Assembly: GCA_040954595.2 (NCBI GenBank)
Contig: CM082591.2
Coordinates: 5,921,009-5,985,008 of the forward strand
DNA: 64,000 nt
Direction of reading: 5' to 3'
Source of the DNA: Balanoglossus misakiensis
Taxonomy: Eukaryota > Animalia > Hemichordata
How positions within the stretch are numbered: the first letter of the stretch is position 1; every line of letters begins with the position of its first letter. The notes under the pieces were generated by a model, which was not told where the DNA came from, did not search any database, and saw nothing but the letters and a program-made list of their open reading frames with translations. Made by a program: the position numbers and the translations under genes. Shown piece by piece: positions 1-19,151 of the stretch.

Positions 1-1534
1 GGTTTTAATCGGACGAACAAAAATGTGTCCGATTAAATCAGGCAGATGACTGACCGATGATATGCTCTTCTGGTAAAATGTTTGTTTTTGAAAGGCTGAA
101 ATGCTTAAACGTCTGTGCGTTCTAATTTTCACTTGGTTTGAAAAGCGTATATCTTCCCGCTAGCTTATACAATGATCATATCGCGCCAATATTTAACCGA
201 CCAAACTTTATACATGTGTCTACACGTGTAAATGAGATAATGTGGCCGGTTGCAATTTCACAATCGCCCGTCTAATTTCACACCACTTTTTTTTATAAAT
301 GGACCGTTTGAGCTAAGCGCACTAATACAATGGGTCCTTACATAAAGCACCATTGCGCACCCACTGAAAAGAAGGCGGGGTCTCCCAAATTCATTACCTT
401 GGCCGAACAACAGGAGAAGCTCTAAGTTTTGCAATGTTAAATTTGTGAGACACAAGGTCGATGTATAATCAATAAACGCACAGTAATATTAGAATTGCCT
501 TTCATTTTACAACAATAATCAAGGAAAGTGAAATGTCCAGCTATTTTCAATAAGTGGGCAGAGACAGATTAGTAATGAAATCAGAAGCGAATTATGATGA
601 AGATGAACAACATTCAGCTAAATTGTGAAACAGGTGTACCACTGTAATGATTCACCTGCACATCGAGTTGGACTGGTCTTTGGGCGAGTTTTATTGTGCA
701 AGTTGAGACAAATGCGACATGAGCATAAAGTGAAGTTTTGGACCTGTCACAGCGTTGTCAAGGAATCGTAGACGCGTTGCACAAACTGATGTGTGCTGTA
801 CGATTCGGTTGCTAGGTGCGACCCCAATAAAGTGTTGGTAGAATGCCAGGTACAAGCATTCTAAGGGTAGAAAATGGATAAATAGGGAAGTTTTCAACAG
901 TCGAGAATTAGATTGCAGACGGACAGGTGGCAGGAGGCAAATCCATACCAGTACGACTCAACACAAGACCGGGCATCCCAAAGACCTCACTCATCGACGT
1001 CGTCATACCCCAGTGTTGCCACATCCCTCCCACACACATCACCACCACTACTAACAGTGACTGCTTGGACTCTTCAACCACACTAGTTGGTAAGTAAGTA
1101 CCCACATTACATTCACAAGGTGCATGTCAATCCGATTGGCCGTCACAGCTCCGTGCGATTAACGATCACCATTAGGCAGGTGGTCAGTGTTCTAAATGTC
1201 ACGCAAAAAATCATCTTTTGCAGACGGGCACTTTCATCATCAAAAATGTAAGGCCGCGTGATAAAGTTCGGTACAATATTTATGGTATCATGTTTAAAGT
1301 AGAGAATGTTTCTTCCTGCGTTTCTTGAACGATACCAGCTGTATTACCCCGTTTGCAATATATACAGCATAGATAAAGTGAGTCAAGAACGTGAATTGTC
1401 AAGTGACAGTTGAATGACGTCGGTGAGGGAAAATGGGATTAAGTAAGAGTTCATCTGAATATCTGATGATGGGCTGTCACTTTTCGTTATAAACTACTAA
1501 AGCTTTATTTGTGGTTCTGATTGACCAGACGACG

Positions 1535-7946
<6,412 letters not shown>

Positions 7947-9059
7947 ACCATACATGAAACACTTACACATTAAGGTGTATTTTGTAATGTATTTTTTTTC
8001 TTTTGCATAAGTTTTACATAATTACATCTACTAATTAGAAGAATATCCCAAAATTTCTCTTTACGGATGGCATCATTTATGTTTTTGTAAATAAAACAAT
8101 TGAGACCATGACATTAGTTTTGATTTTCTTCTATATTGGTGTCAGGAACCACAATTTGAAACACGGATATATAGTAAAATATTACAAAAAGCATATTGTA
8201 AAATTCGAGTATGAAGCCATTTTTCCTCTTTCAAGTCTGCCCCGAGAGATCTTTTTTCGGAGACATAAAATGACATAATTTAAATCTTCGAAAATACTGT
8301 CTATAATTCATGCCACTGTATTTTTAGCATATGAGTCTACAGAAACTCGCCCCACCACTTGTGGCTTTAAACGGAGAGGAGAAGGCCTCCAAAATTCACC
8401 GTCTTATAGAATACCACTGCCACAACTGAACAGTGCGTTTGTGCACGACACAACGAATTGACGTTTTACTTGGAATTAATTTGTGTTTTTTTTTATAGTG
8501 AGTGACTGGTGTAAATACACCAATAACGCAACACCGTATAGTAATCACTTTTGAAAAATGTGCATACATTATTCAAATTAACAAACAGCGCGAAGTGCGA
8601 TCGATAAATGCGAGTCACACAGGCAAGTAGAAAATCGATAAATGTCATTCAAACAGGCAAATCAAAAATGAAACCAGACAAATATCCAAAATTTGTTTTT
8701 AACTACCACGGATGATAAACACATGAACGTGAAGATGGAACAAAACAATAGGGTCCACGATTCCACGGACTCGTGTGAGACGATTCCCTATACAGTTGCA
8801 CATATAGATAGGCTTAGGAACAGTAACACGTGCAAGAGTGTATACCAAACGTAGCCATTGGGCTGTGATAAGAATCCCAAATTTCCCACCAGAAAGACTA
8901 AATTGTGACAACGTGTGAAAGTGGATCAGATCATTTCACACTGTCGCTGGTGTTAACGATCTCGATCCGCGCCAATTATTCATGACACGATTAACACCAT
9001 TAAGACAAAGCGGAAAAAAAGAAAAAATCAAATCAAAGCCTCATCTTCTCACTGATTTG

Positions 9060-9507
9060 TCAAAACCCGTTATATTCACTCTATTCCCCACAACTATCCC
9101 ACCCGTTTCTCCACTGATGAAAATTTTTTATATACCCAGAATTAGTCTTTCACAAAGTAAACATCATATAAAATATGCAGCAACCAATCTATGGAATTCA
9201 CTCCCAATACATTTACAAGACCATGTATTTTAACTTTGTCAATTTATTTATATATTCATTTATTTCCCTACCAAATACTGTTTACTTCTTTTATAGTATA
9301 TAATTGACTCCTCAGTTCAGCACTCTAGTATTTTCCTTTCCAATTGGAATATTCCATATGTACTAGTCATGGACTAGACTAGTTCCTAACGAACTAATTC
9401 CGTGACCATATCGGATGAATAGTATTTTATCTTTTTCTTTGTTCCAATTTTCCTATGTATATATATTTTTTTCATTCGATAAAATGAATCAATTACAATC
9501 AATTACA
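9060..9507 (+). mobile_element. 5'-truncated non-LTR retrotransposon 3' end (CR1/L2-group-like)
   Basis: Translation ...IKYAATNLWNSLP..., short-repeat tail (CAATTACAAT), ATTTG direct repeats. Absent from the homologous sites at ~29975 and ~54045. Confidence 0.72.
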
Positions 9508-9512
9508 ATTTG

Positions 9513-9877
9513 AAATGTTTCACTTCATTAAAATTCAAGATGGCCCCTGGTAATCTCACAAATGAATAACGGCAACCGTCTGCCCACAAGGGACCGTTCA
9601 GAATTTACTGAAGTGTTTTGTTCAGACTGGCTGACGTTTAGCAGAGAACAGGAGGCATCTTCCAAATGCTGTTGGACAACATGTGAAGACAGATTTTGAA
9701 TGAAACTATTTTTACTTCGTTCCGACCATAGGTGACGTCCTTTCGTACTTGCCGTGGAATGTGACATCTGAACACGTCCCTGTGAATTTGCATCTGATTG
9801 CACGCTACGCAGATGGCAGACAAGCGGGGAGTGATCTGATTCGGTCCTTTCAAGCACATTAAAATACACAATCGATT
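9513..9877 (-). mobile_element. Partial copy of the same LINE endonuclease relic upstream of gene 2
   Basis: YFNVLERTESDHSPLVCHL; near-identical to 54045-54427. Confidence 0.75.
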
Positions 9878-9906
9878 AACACCACTAAGACAAAGCGGAC
9901 AAGATG

Positions 9907-9985
9907 CATAAATAGCGGGTCACCGAGTATGCAAGAGTCAGACAGTTTTCTTGGCAGAAACGACAGCACGCGGGACCAGTACTAG
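9907..9985 (+). promoter_or_regulatory. Putative core promoter and non-coding first exon of gene 2 (type A)
   Basis: CATAAATA TATA-like box, TCAG Inr-like motif ~30 nt downstream, donor AG|GTGAGT at 9985, acceptor TTTTCAG at 10383. Conserved before genes 3, 4 and 7. Confidence 0.65.
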
Positions 9986-10402
9986 GTGAGTATAGCATCC
10001 CGTTGTAACACGGTTACTAGAAATAAGTGGTTGTAACGTTTAGCATGAATGTGACAACTGGATTTCATAAGACGGTGACTCTCTTGCCGATACATGTACT
10101 GTAATATTTTCTCGAGTAGAACAAATTGAGACACCCCTAAAATAAACGCGTTCCCAGCTATCGACAACAGAACTACATCAGTAGTTCAAGTAAAAACGTT
10201 AAGTCCTTCATTTTAATAAATCAGGTTTGATTGTTGTACTCTAATATCTAAAAACCAAAAAGTCATGTACCAGGTTTTTTATGTGTGTTTACGCAGATTT
10301 TTTTCTAAATTTCTATTGGAAAATCGACAGTATAGATTTGTAGATTTGCATTTTTACATTCGGCTTTTTGTCATTATTTTCAGACAAAGCTATCTGGCAA
10401 CC

Positions 10403-11475
10403 ATGGTTTCATCGCAACACATTGCGATTTGGATCTGCATATTTGCAGTAATACTGATGCAGACCAGTGCTTTTTCTGGAAAATCCAAGATTAAGAAGAC
10501 CCTAGCCGAGCTGGAAACCCTGGCCGACCTGAAAGCCCGAGAATTTCGCCCCAGTTTCGTCAAACGTACAACACAAGCTCCGCTTCTTCCCGCCGGGGAG
10601 GAGAAGATAGACGACGAGTATATTGTAAAACTCAAAGTAAGTGGCTTGTGTCGTGTTTAAGATTTACCAATTCAACGCCGAATCATTTAAACATGGCGGC
10701 ATGAGGAGACACGCATTGTCGTGTACCGTGTAGCATACGGCTGGATTCTCGGAGTTTGTGTCTAACATTACTCGCCAATACTGTATATGTCACACTGAAT
10801 TACGTTTAGTAAGATTGATATCTTCTTCACGGGTTTGCCTGTCATTGAAATAAATTATGAATACAATGTTTAGTGTTGTATTACCAAAATATTAGCTCAG
10901 TCAGTTGAATTAAAAGGCAAAAAGAAGGAAGACTTGTTTTTGTTTGATCTCCCCTCTTACTTGACTGTTGGGTAACCAGTGGCTTTATGTTATGAACAGG
11001 TACGATACACTCGCATCTCTCCACGCCGTTTGTCTAAATTATTCAAAATGGGTCACGTGACAACCGCCGACCTTAGTATATAACATTTTAATCTGTTTTC
11101 TTTTTCATTAAGGATGGTCTTACTGATGAGGAGCTTGAAGAATTTGAAGAAAAATTCCAAGCACTCTGTGAAGAGAGAGGATTACACGTAGATTTCCAAA
11201 TCAATATAACAAGTTTGATGAAAGGTTTCGTAGCCAGGGTTCCCGCTGAAGCAGTCCACATTGTAAGTGTTTATACATTATGTTATTGGTTTGGATGGAT
11301 GGATGGATGGATGGATGCAGCAAAACTCCGAAAACCACGGGAAAAGTATTTGTATGGCATCATAGCAAATGAGGAAAACTTTGCATTGATCGTACCAATT
11401 GATTTTTGTTTAGCTCCGTTGGTTGGATGAAGTAGAGTTTGTTGAAGAAGACGAATGTATGTATGTGTGTGTGTT

Positions 11476-11514
<39 letters not shown>

Positions 11515-14500
11515 GTCTGTCTCTCTGTATGCATGTATGCACATATGTATGTGTTTTGTATGCTTTGTTTTGTGTGTGCATAAGTGTTTGTTTATTTTGT
11601 TTGCTTGTTCTTACATTCGCTCTCTCGTTTTGTTGTTTGTTTGTTTGTTTGTTTGTTTGTTTGTTTGTTTGTTTGTTTGTTTGTTTGTTTGTTTGTTTGA
11701 ACACTGTAAACTTCTCACAAAAACACTTGTATAATGGATAATGACAATATGGATAAATTGATAAATTGGTTGTTTTTCTTAATACCAATTGTGTTTTATT
11801 CATTCTATCAGCTCCGATGGTTAGACGAGGTGGAGTTTGTTGAAGAAGACGAAGTTGTTCATGCAACAGTGCCGTGGGGTCTGGACAGGATCGATCAAGC
11901 CGACCTTCCTTTGGACAACATTTATCAATCGTCAATGGGTAAGTCTGGGAATTAACTTTACAGTCGTCGTCATAGCCCTGGCAAAGTTGATTTGCATGTT
12001 CTGCTGAAAATACGGTTATCAATATTTAGTAGAGGATAACCATTTATATAATGTGACAATCAAATGGATCTGAGCCTGATTGTTCATTTGTTTTGGAGCC
12101 GTCTACCCAAGTAATCAAATTGGCTAGAGGATATTCACTTATTCTCCTCATAAATAAATATGGTTGTATAACTACTTCCATGCGCCTTGAAATCCAAACA
12201 CCAAAACTTGTTTCTAATATTTGCTCAGAATAATGGCCTAAATATTAGGGGTTACTGTACAAAATTACTCACCATCAGAGGAAAATTGTCTCAAATTGTG
12301 CCAAAGATGAAATTCGAAATGGCCGCCAATCTCTGTGTCGAGTCTATTGGGAAAACTAGAGACGAGACGGTTTTTCTTTGTTTTCTAAAACGATTCCTAA
12401 CACACTTTAATATAGAAAAGAATTCAAGAAGATTATTCCAGAATCTATCCCGACGCACACTGCCTTAAACATAGCGAAGCATAAAAATACTTCACATTTC
12501 GTTTTCCCGCCTTCTGCCGTTTGCAGGGGACGGCAGCGGAGTGAATGTCTTTGTTTTGGATACTGGCATACGTTTCACTCACAACGAGTTTGGCGGAAGA
12601 GCACATCGATTTTACGACGCCTTCTCAGATGGACAGAACGTGAGTTGTACCTCAAGAAAGTATTGTTTAAGACTGACACTATCAATTGTATCCATCGACT
12701 GCAAATAGCGTTATCATACCGAAAAATAATGTCGCAAGATATTCTGTCTAATGAACAAGCTTCGTCTGCTTCGCACCCTAATATAAAGTTGACACTAATG
12801 CCAACATATCACTTGATTTTAGGTAGGGAGAATTGCAAAATAACTCAATGACATTTCCACTTTGCAGGGGAATGACTGTAACGGACACGGTACCCACTGC
12901 GCTGGCACTGTCGGCGGAAGTACTGTTGGCGTTGCTCCTGGTGTTACTTTGTATTCGGGTCGTGTTTTGGATTGTCAAGGAGATGGGACAATGAGCAACA
13001 TTGTTGCAGGTAAGATTGGCTCATCGCAATACTACAGAGTTATCAAAACGCCGAACTAAATACATGTAACCTAGGCCAAAGCAAGTTTTAGCTATTGTCT
13101 TTATACTAATGGGAACGACACACGCAATGTGAAGTTCGTATACACAAAATATGTGCCAAATTGTCTGCTTAATAGATGCCTATACAACACACAGGTTGTA
13201 ACTAATTTTCCTTACAGCTATGGATGCAGTCGCCGCTTCCAATAAGAAACCAGCAGTGGTCTCCATGTCGCTGGGCGGTGAACTCTCCACATCTACGAAT
13301 TTGGCAGTCAAACGGTTAACAGATGTTGGGTACATCGTAGTCGTTGCCGCTGGAAACGATGGTGGAGACGCCTGTTCATATTCACCTGCTTCGGCTCCCG
13401 TGGTATAAAATTTATAGCAGATTCACACTGGATGAACCAGAAACGTTTCAGAGACATTATTTGTCATTTGTAAACACAGAGGTTTAATCACGTGAGTCGC
13501 TTTGTGTGAACACAAAGTTTCGGAATGGACTCTGACGCTTGGTCCCATGGACAATTGTGTTGTGGAGACGTGACATCCCTTTGCACCGGCTCAGGTCAGG
13601 AATTGTACTATTCCAGTCCTAGAATTGAAAATTCGGGCGTGGTTAAGTTTTCTACCCATCCCACCAATGTTATGCGCCCTCTATATATCATTATATACGG
13701 TACGTAATCTCATACGACTGACATATTGCATGTTTGCTACTGTTTATGCGTGTTGCAGGCAATCACAGTGGGAGCTACCGAATCCGATGATGACATTGCT
13801 TATTACTCAAATTCCGGAAGCTGCGTCAACATTCTGGCACCCGGAAGTGGCGTCTACAGCGCCTACGTCAATGGAGATGCCAGCTACACCTCTTTGGATG
13901 GAACCTCGATGGCAACTCCTCATGTGGCTGGTAAGAGTGGTTAGACAATTCTGCAGGCAGGCTCTTGGTTAACCCGATTTATATCAAACTCGAATGACAG
14001 TATCGCGCCAAGGAATAGTTAAATTTGATAACTTCTTCCGAAATCAATGCTAACTGCCTCGTACCTAAATAAATTGACAGTTTGCCAAACCAGGTTTCAA
14101 GTACTTCTGAAATTATTTCTACGTTTCATGGCTAAATGCGCAGCTATTTGGTCACAACCGTTCTGTACTGTTGCCAAGTGATGATTACATAGCTGTTATG
14201 TGAAACAATACTCGGTTGTTATTTGTTCGCCTTATTGTTGTTTTTTCTTTATTCTTTCCCCAGGTGTTGCAGCCCTGTTTCTAGCAGAAGACCCCACACT
14301 CACACAGAGCTCGATGTTAACCGCGTTGTTAAATGCTGCCCAGTCGGATAAAATTGACCTGTCTTCTCTGCCTTCCAGTCGCCGTTGTTCAACACCAAAC
14401 AAGCTTCTCCATATTCCCGGAGGTGGTGAGTTGATAAGCATTTTATTATTCCATTTCCACACCCGTGCTTCATGACAATTTAACGCTCTATTCTGACAAC

Positions 14501-17500
14501 CTTCAATTTTCCGGGTGGCGGATTTTGTCATGTTGAGCTAGCGGAAAATCATCAGTAGAATAAATGTTTGTGAAATAGTGAAATATTGTACCAGAAAAAA
14601 CACATAAGAAGTGAGACGAAAATATGGAAAATCTAGACACCTTTAACTTTTCGACTGTTTTACCCGCAATGAGTGTCATTGCATATGTGCCCAGATAGTA
14701 ATAACCAACCTTCACACGAGGACCTAAACCTAAATGTCTTCAACAGAGAATATCTGAACAAGAGTAAATTGATGATCGAGTATTAAGGGTTCGCGAAACA
14801 TTATCGCGCGGTTCATTCATCCAGTTTACCGGAAGACAGACTTCATCATCGCTGAGATCATAATATAAGTACTGGAGTTGCCTAAAATAAACCCAGTTCG
14901 ATTATTTTTTCAGGGAAACAACCAAGGTGATTAACTTTAAAGGGAATCATAGCAATGGGAAAGAGAGATCGGTGTCGCTCACTTATCGAAAGATGAAGAT
15001 TTAGACTCGCAGTGATTATTCATAAAATTTTATTTTACAGCGGCAATTTATGGTGTTGGAACAGACCAACGGATATATAAACGCGGGGACATTGGAGGGA
15101 CATGGACTGGGCCTCTCCCGAATTCTTGTTGCATTATCGCCCTCACTGTCCTTGCGGATGGTACAATAGTTGGTGTTGGTACTCGAAACTCGCTTTGGAC
15201 AAAGGCCAGTGACTACGCTGCATGGGTAGGACCTGTAGCCAACAGCTGCTGCGTCAAAGACATCACTGTTATGCCAGATGGTACAATCGTTGGTATTGGT
15301 ATGAATGGTAACTTGTACACGCGTCCTGGCGTCGGGGGGACATGGAGTGGTCCCGTGGGTTCCAGTTGCTGCGTCCGGTCTATATCACCCCTTCCAAGTG
15401 GCCAAATGCTCGGTGTGGGCACGGGAGGGAAATTATGGATACGTGGCGGCGTACAAGGAAGCTGGTCCAAAGTAGACGATAACGGCGTTGTCAGTGACAT
15501 ATCCGTTAACAGGGACGGTAGGCTCATTGGTATTGGAGGAACTTGCGGACTCTGGCAACGGTCACAGTACCAATCCAGCTGGGTAGGCGAGATAGCCAAC
15601 AGTCGATGTGTGACGTCAGTGGCGTTCATGAAATCTGGTGAGTATACCATTCAACCAGTAAAGATGGAAGGACTGCGCCGCATACTACGGTATCCTAGAA
15701 TAAGTGGGCAAAATAACGTTAATGGTGTACGTATTGCCAATTAGCTTGGTTGCCACTTTTTCCAAGTTTCCTTCCTAAGTGTTACGAAAATATTTAATAA
15801 AAATACGGTCGTCACTGCGCCTGTGTTTCGAATATAAGGCCGTTATTTTTTTGTTTACCGTTTTCAGGTACTCAGTTGTTATATCTCTTGACTTAGATAT
15901 TTGCAAAACTTTATCATTTTTCCTTCAAGCGTTCTTCTTTGAGCAAATGCGTTCTAAGATATTTTCCTAAAGTTTAGCAAAGAGACAGTACGGTTTTATT
16001 CGAGAATTAAATTTCAACAACTGAGCTTTTTACAAAATCTAACCCTGCATGATGCAGATAGGAACTCTGGGTTAGCAGAGCGTATAGATTCTTAATTCCC
16101 TCCGAGTTGATTCTTAACTTAATCTCAAGGATGAAAGATCATTAGTTTAGCCAACATATCGGTAGTAACACATTCAGAGTTACTTTGATATTAATTAGGG
16201 TTTTTTATGATTTACAGCACCAATCATAGCTGCACCGATGTATGGGATCGGAAGAGACAAACGGATATATAAACGTGAAGATATTGAAGGGAAATGGACT
16301 GGGCCACTCCCGAACTCTTGTTGTGTTATCGCCCTCACTGTCCTTGCGGATGGTACAATCGTTGGTGTTGGTACTGGAAACATGCTTTGGACAAAAGCCT
16401 GTGACTACGCTGCATGGGTAGGACCTGTAGCCAACAGCTGCTGCGTCAAAGACGTCACTGTTATGCCAGATGGTACAATCGTTGGTATTGGTATGAATGG
16501 TAACTTGTACACGCGTCCTGGCGTCGAGGGGACATGGAGTGGTCCCGCAGGTTCCAGTTGCTGCGTCCAGTCTATATCACCCCTTCCAAGTGGCCAACTG
16601 CTCGGTGTGGGCATGAACGGGAAAATATGGATACGTCGCGGCGTAGAAGGAAGCTGGTCCAAAGTAGACGACAACGGCGTTGTCAGTGACATATCCGTTA
16701 ACAGGGACGGTAGGCTCATTGGTATTGGAGGAACTTGCGGACTCTGGCAACGGTCACAGTACCAATCCAGCTGGGTAGGCGAGATAGCCAACAGTCGATG
16801 TGTGACGTCAGTGGCGTTCATGAAATCTGGTGAGTATACCATTCAACCAGTAAAGATGGAAGGACTGCGCCGCAGACTGCGGTATCCTAGAATAAGTGGG
16901 CAAAATAACGTTAATGATGTACGTATTGCCAATTAGCTTGGTTGCCACTTTTTCCAAGTTTCCTTCCTTAGTGTTATGAAAATATTTAATAAAAATACGG
17001 TCGTCACTGCGCCTGTGTTTCGAATATAAGGCCGTTAATTTTTTGTTTACCGTTTTCAGGTACTCAGTTGTTATATCTCTTGAATGAGATATTTGCAAAA
17101 CTTTATCATTTTTCCTTCAAACGTTCTTCTTTGGGCAAATGCGTCTAAGATATTTTCCTAAAGTTTAGCAAAGAGACAGTACGGTTTTATTCGAGAATTA
17201 AATTTCAACAACTACTAAGTAAGCTTTTTACAAAATCTAACCCTGCATGATGCAGATAGGAACTCTGGGTTAGCAGAGCGTATATACCTCCGATTTTTAT
17301 GGAATTCATTTTCAGATATATTAATTTCCCTTCCGTTTTTTCTGCAGATGGATTGTGTGAGGAGACATGTCGTTACATTGGTGATGGCGAGTGTGACGAT
17401 GGTGGACCCGGTTCTCTGTACAGTATGTGCGACTACGGAACCGATTGTTCTGATTGTGGGCCCCGAGAACCGTCACCTCCATGTGAGTTCTTTGCAAGAC

Positions 17501-17763
17501 CAGATAATATACTACATTGGCTGTTCCCAGTACTGTGTATTCTGCTTACATTTTTTCGGCAATCATCATTGTCATCTATACAGAATATATAACGTTAATT
17601 TATATATTGTACTAATTTCTCTTCCGTTATATCTGCAGATGGATTGTGTAACGAGACATGTCGTTACAGTGGTGATGGCGAGTGTGACGATGGTGGACCC
17701 GGTTCTCAGTACAGTGTGTGCGACTACGGAACAGACTGTGCTGATTGTGGAATCAGACAGTGA
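10403..17763 (+). CDS. S8A protease gene 2 (SP-I9-S8-propeller-propeller-CDDGG x2), 12 coding exons
   Basis: Exons 10403-10636, 11113-11262, 11812-11938, 12527-12639, 12868-13009, 13218-13402, 13759-13930, 14264-14425, 15041-15637, 16218-16829, 17348-17482, 17639-17763. Catalytic residues intact. AATAAA at 17909. Confidence 0.88.
11414..11455 (+). pseudogene. Orphan truncated copy of exon 3 ([14 protein letters not shown]) in gene 2 intron 2
   Basis: Matches the start of exon 3 in genes 4/5, then runs into a microsatellite. The complete exon 3 follows at 11812. Confidence 0.85.
11456..11699. repeat. Compound (TATG)/(GTCT)n/(GTTT)n microsatellites
   Basis: Direct reading. Confidence 0.93.
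15041..16829 (+). other. Two tandem exons (15041-15637, 16218-16829), each with five ~40-aa beta-propeller-type repeats (tectonin/tachylectin-1-like)
   Basis: Repeat consensus I.G.G....L/IY.R......W.GP...SCC...I...PDG. The exon plus its following intron is duplicated as a ~1.19 kb unit. Confidence 0.7.
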
Positions 17764-18245
17764 AACACGCTTAGAAAAAAATATTACCATCATAGACCTA
17801 CTTAAGTGCTGTATTAGTTGTTCAATTGTTGTTCAATCAACACAGTGTTATTTTTCTACTACACGTTACTTTCCCGGTGTATTTTAGAATGCCAATCGAT
17901 TAGATTTCAATAAAACTTTCAAAAATAAATAAGTGTTTACAGCATATCTTCTAGAATCAAATGTCATAATGTGTGACTGTGTGACATGGCAAATTTATTT
18001 GCATATCTAAATTTCTGGAAATGTCTTACCCTGATTACTTTGTAAGGAGCCAGATTACAAAACAATCTTATAGAACAGACTGTTAATTTGGGGGCAAGAC
18101 CGTTTCACCAAACAGAAACATTGATTTTTTGTGTGTAATTTGTTGGCGTGAGAGATACAGTCCTGCAAATGCATTAACTTTCAGTGAGATTTAATTTCAT
18201 CGTTTGGATGTTTTGGACACATTCACCAGGTGTTTTTTTTGTCAG

Positions 18246-18338
18246 TGTTGGGAACCGTGTGATGTTCAAGGCAGGCTTCGCCTACCAACTCCTCTGGGAA
18301 CCAGAGTTAAGCCCATACACTGTCAGTTTATTGGGAAT
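18246..18338. mobile_element. Truncated single TIR of the same family as 23163-23839
   Basis: TGTTGGGAACCGTGTGATGTTCAAGGCAGG...GTTTATTGGGAAT matches the left TIR. Confidence 0.8.
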
Positions 18339-18661
18339 TTTGACAATCTGCCATTCAATATATGCGCATCGAATCTTTTACAAATCTCAAGCAGCGCTCT
18401 GCCAGCTTATACAATCTTTTGAGATGCGCAGACAATGGAAACAGTCTGAAACATACTCGTGCAAGGTGTATACCAAACCACGTGACCAAACGTAGCCATT
18501 GGGCAGTGAAAAGACTCCAAATTTCCCGCCAGAAAGACTAAATTGTGTCAACGTGTGAAAGTGGATCAGATCACTTCACGCTGTCGCTGGTGTTAACGAT
18601 CTCGACCTGCGCTAATTATTCATGACATGATTAACACCATTAAGACAAAGCGGACATGGTG

Positions 18662-18740
18662 CATAAATAGCGGGTCACCGAGTATGCAAGAGTCAGAAAG
18701 TTTTCTTGGCCGAAACGACAGCACGCGAGACCAGTACTAG
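18662..18740 (+). promoter_or_regulatory. Putative core promoter and non-coding first exon of gene 3 (type A)
   Basis: Copy of 9907-9985. Confidence 0.65.
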
Positions 18741-19151
18741 GTGAGTATAGCATCCCGTTGTAACACGGTTATTAGAAATAAGTGGTTGTAACGTTTAGCA
18801 TGAATGTGACAACTGGATTTCATAAGACGGTGACTCTCTTGCCTGTACTGTAATATTTTCTCGAGTAGAACAAATTGAGACACCCCTAAAATAAACGCGT
18901 TCCCAGTTATCGACAACAGAACTACATCAGTAGTTCAAGTAAAAACGTTAATTCCTTCATTTTAATAAATCAGGTTTGATTGTTGTACTCTAATATCTAA
19001 AAACCAAAAAGTCATGTACCAGCTTTTTTATGTGTGTTTACGCAGATTTTTTTCTAAATTTCTATTGGAAAATCGACAGTATAGATTTGTAGATTTGCAT
19101 TTTTACATTCGGCTTTTTGTCATTATTTTCAGACAAAGCTATCTGGCAACC

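Noticed and set aside
1355-1528. Possible TATA box and non-coding first exon for gene 1
   Set aside because: TATATACA at ~1359, a GTAAG at ~1443 and an acceptor at 1528 are plausible, but there is no clear homology to the other promoters, so support is insufficient.
15213-16842. Two 145-aa minus-strand ORFs
   Set aside because: Antisense shadows of the duplicated propeller exons, with no independent motif.
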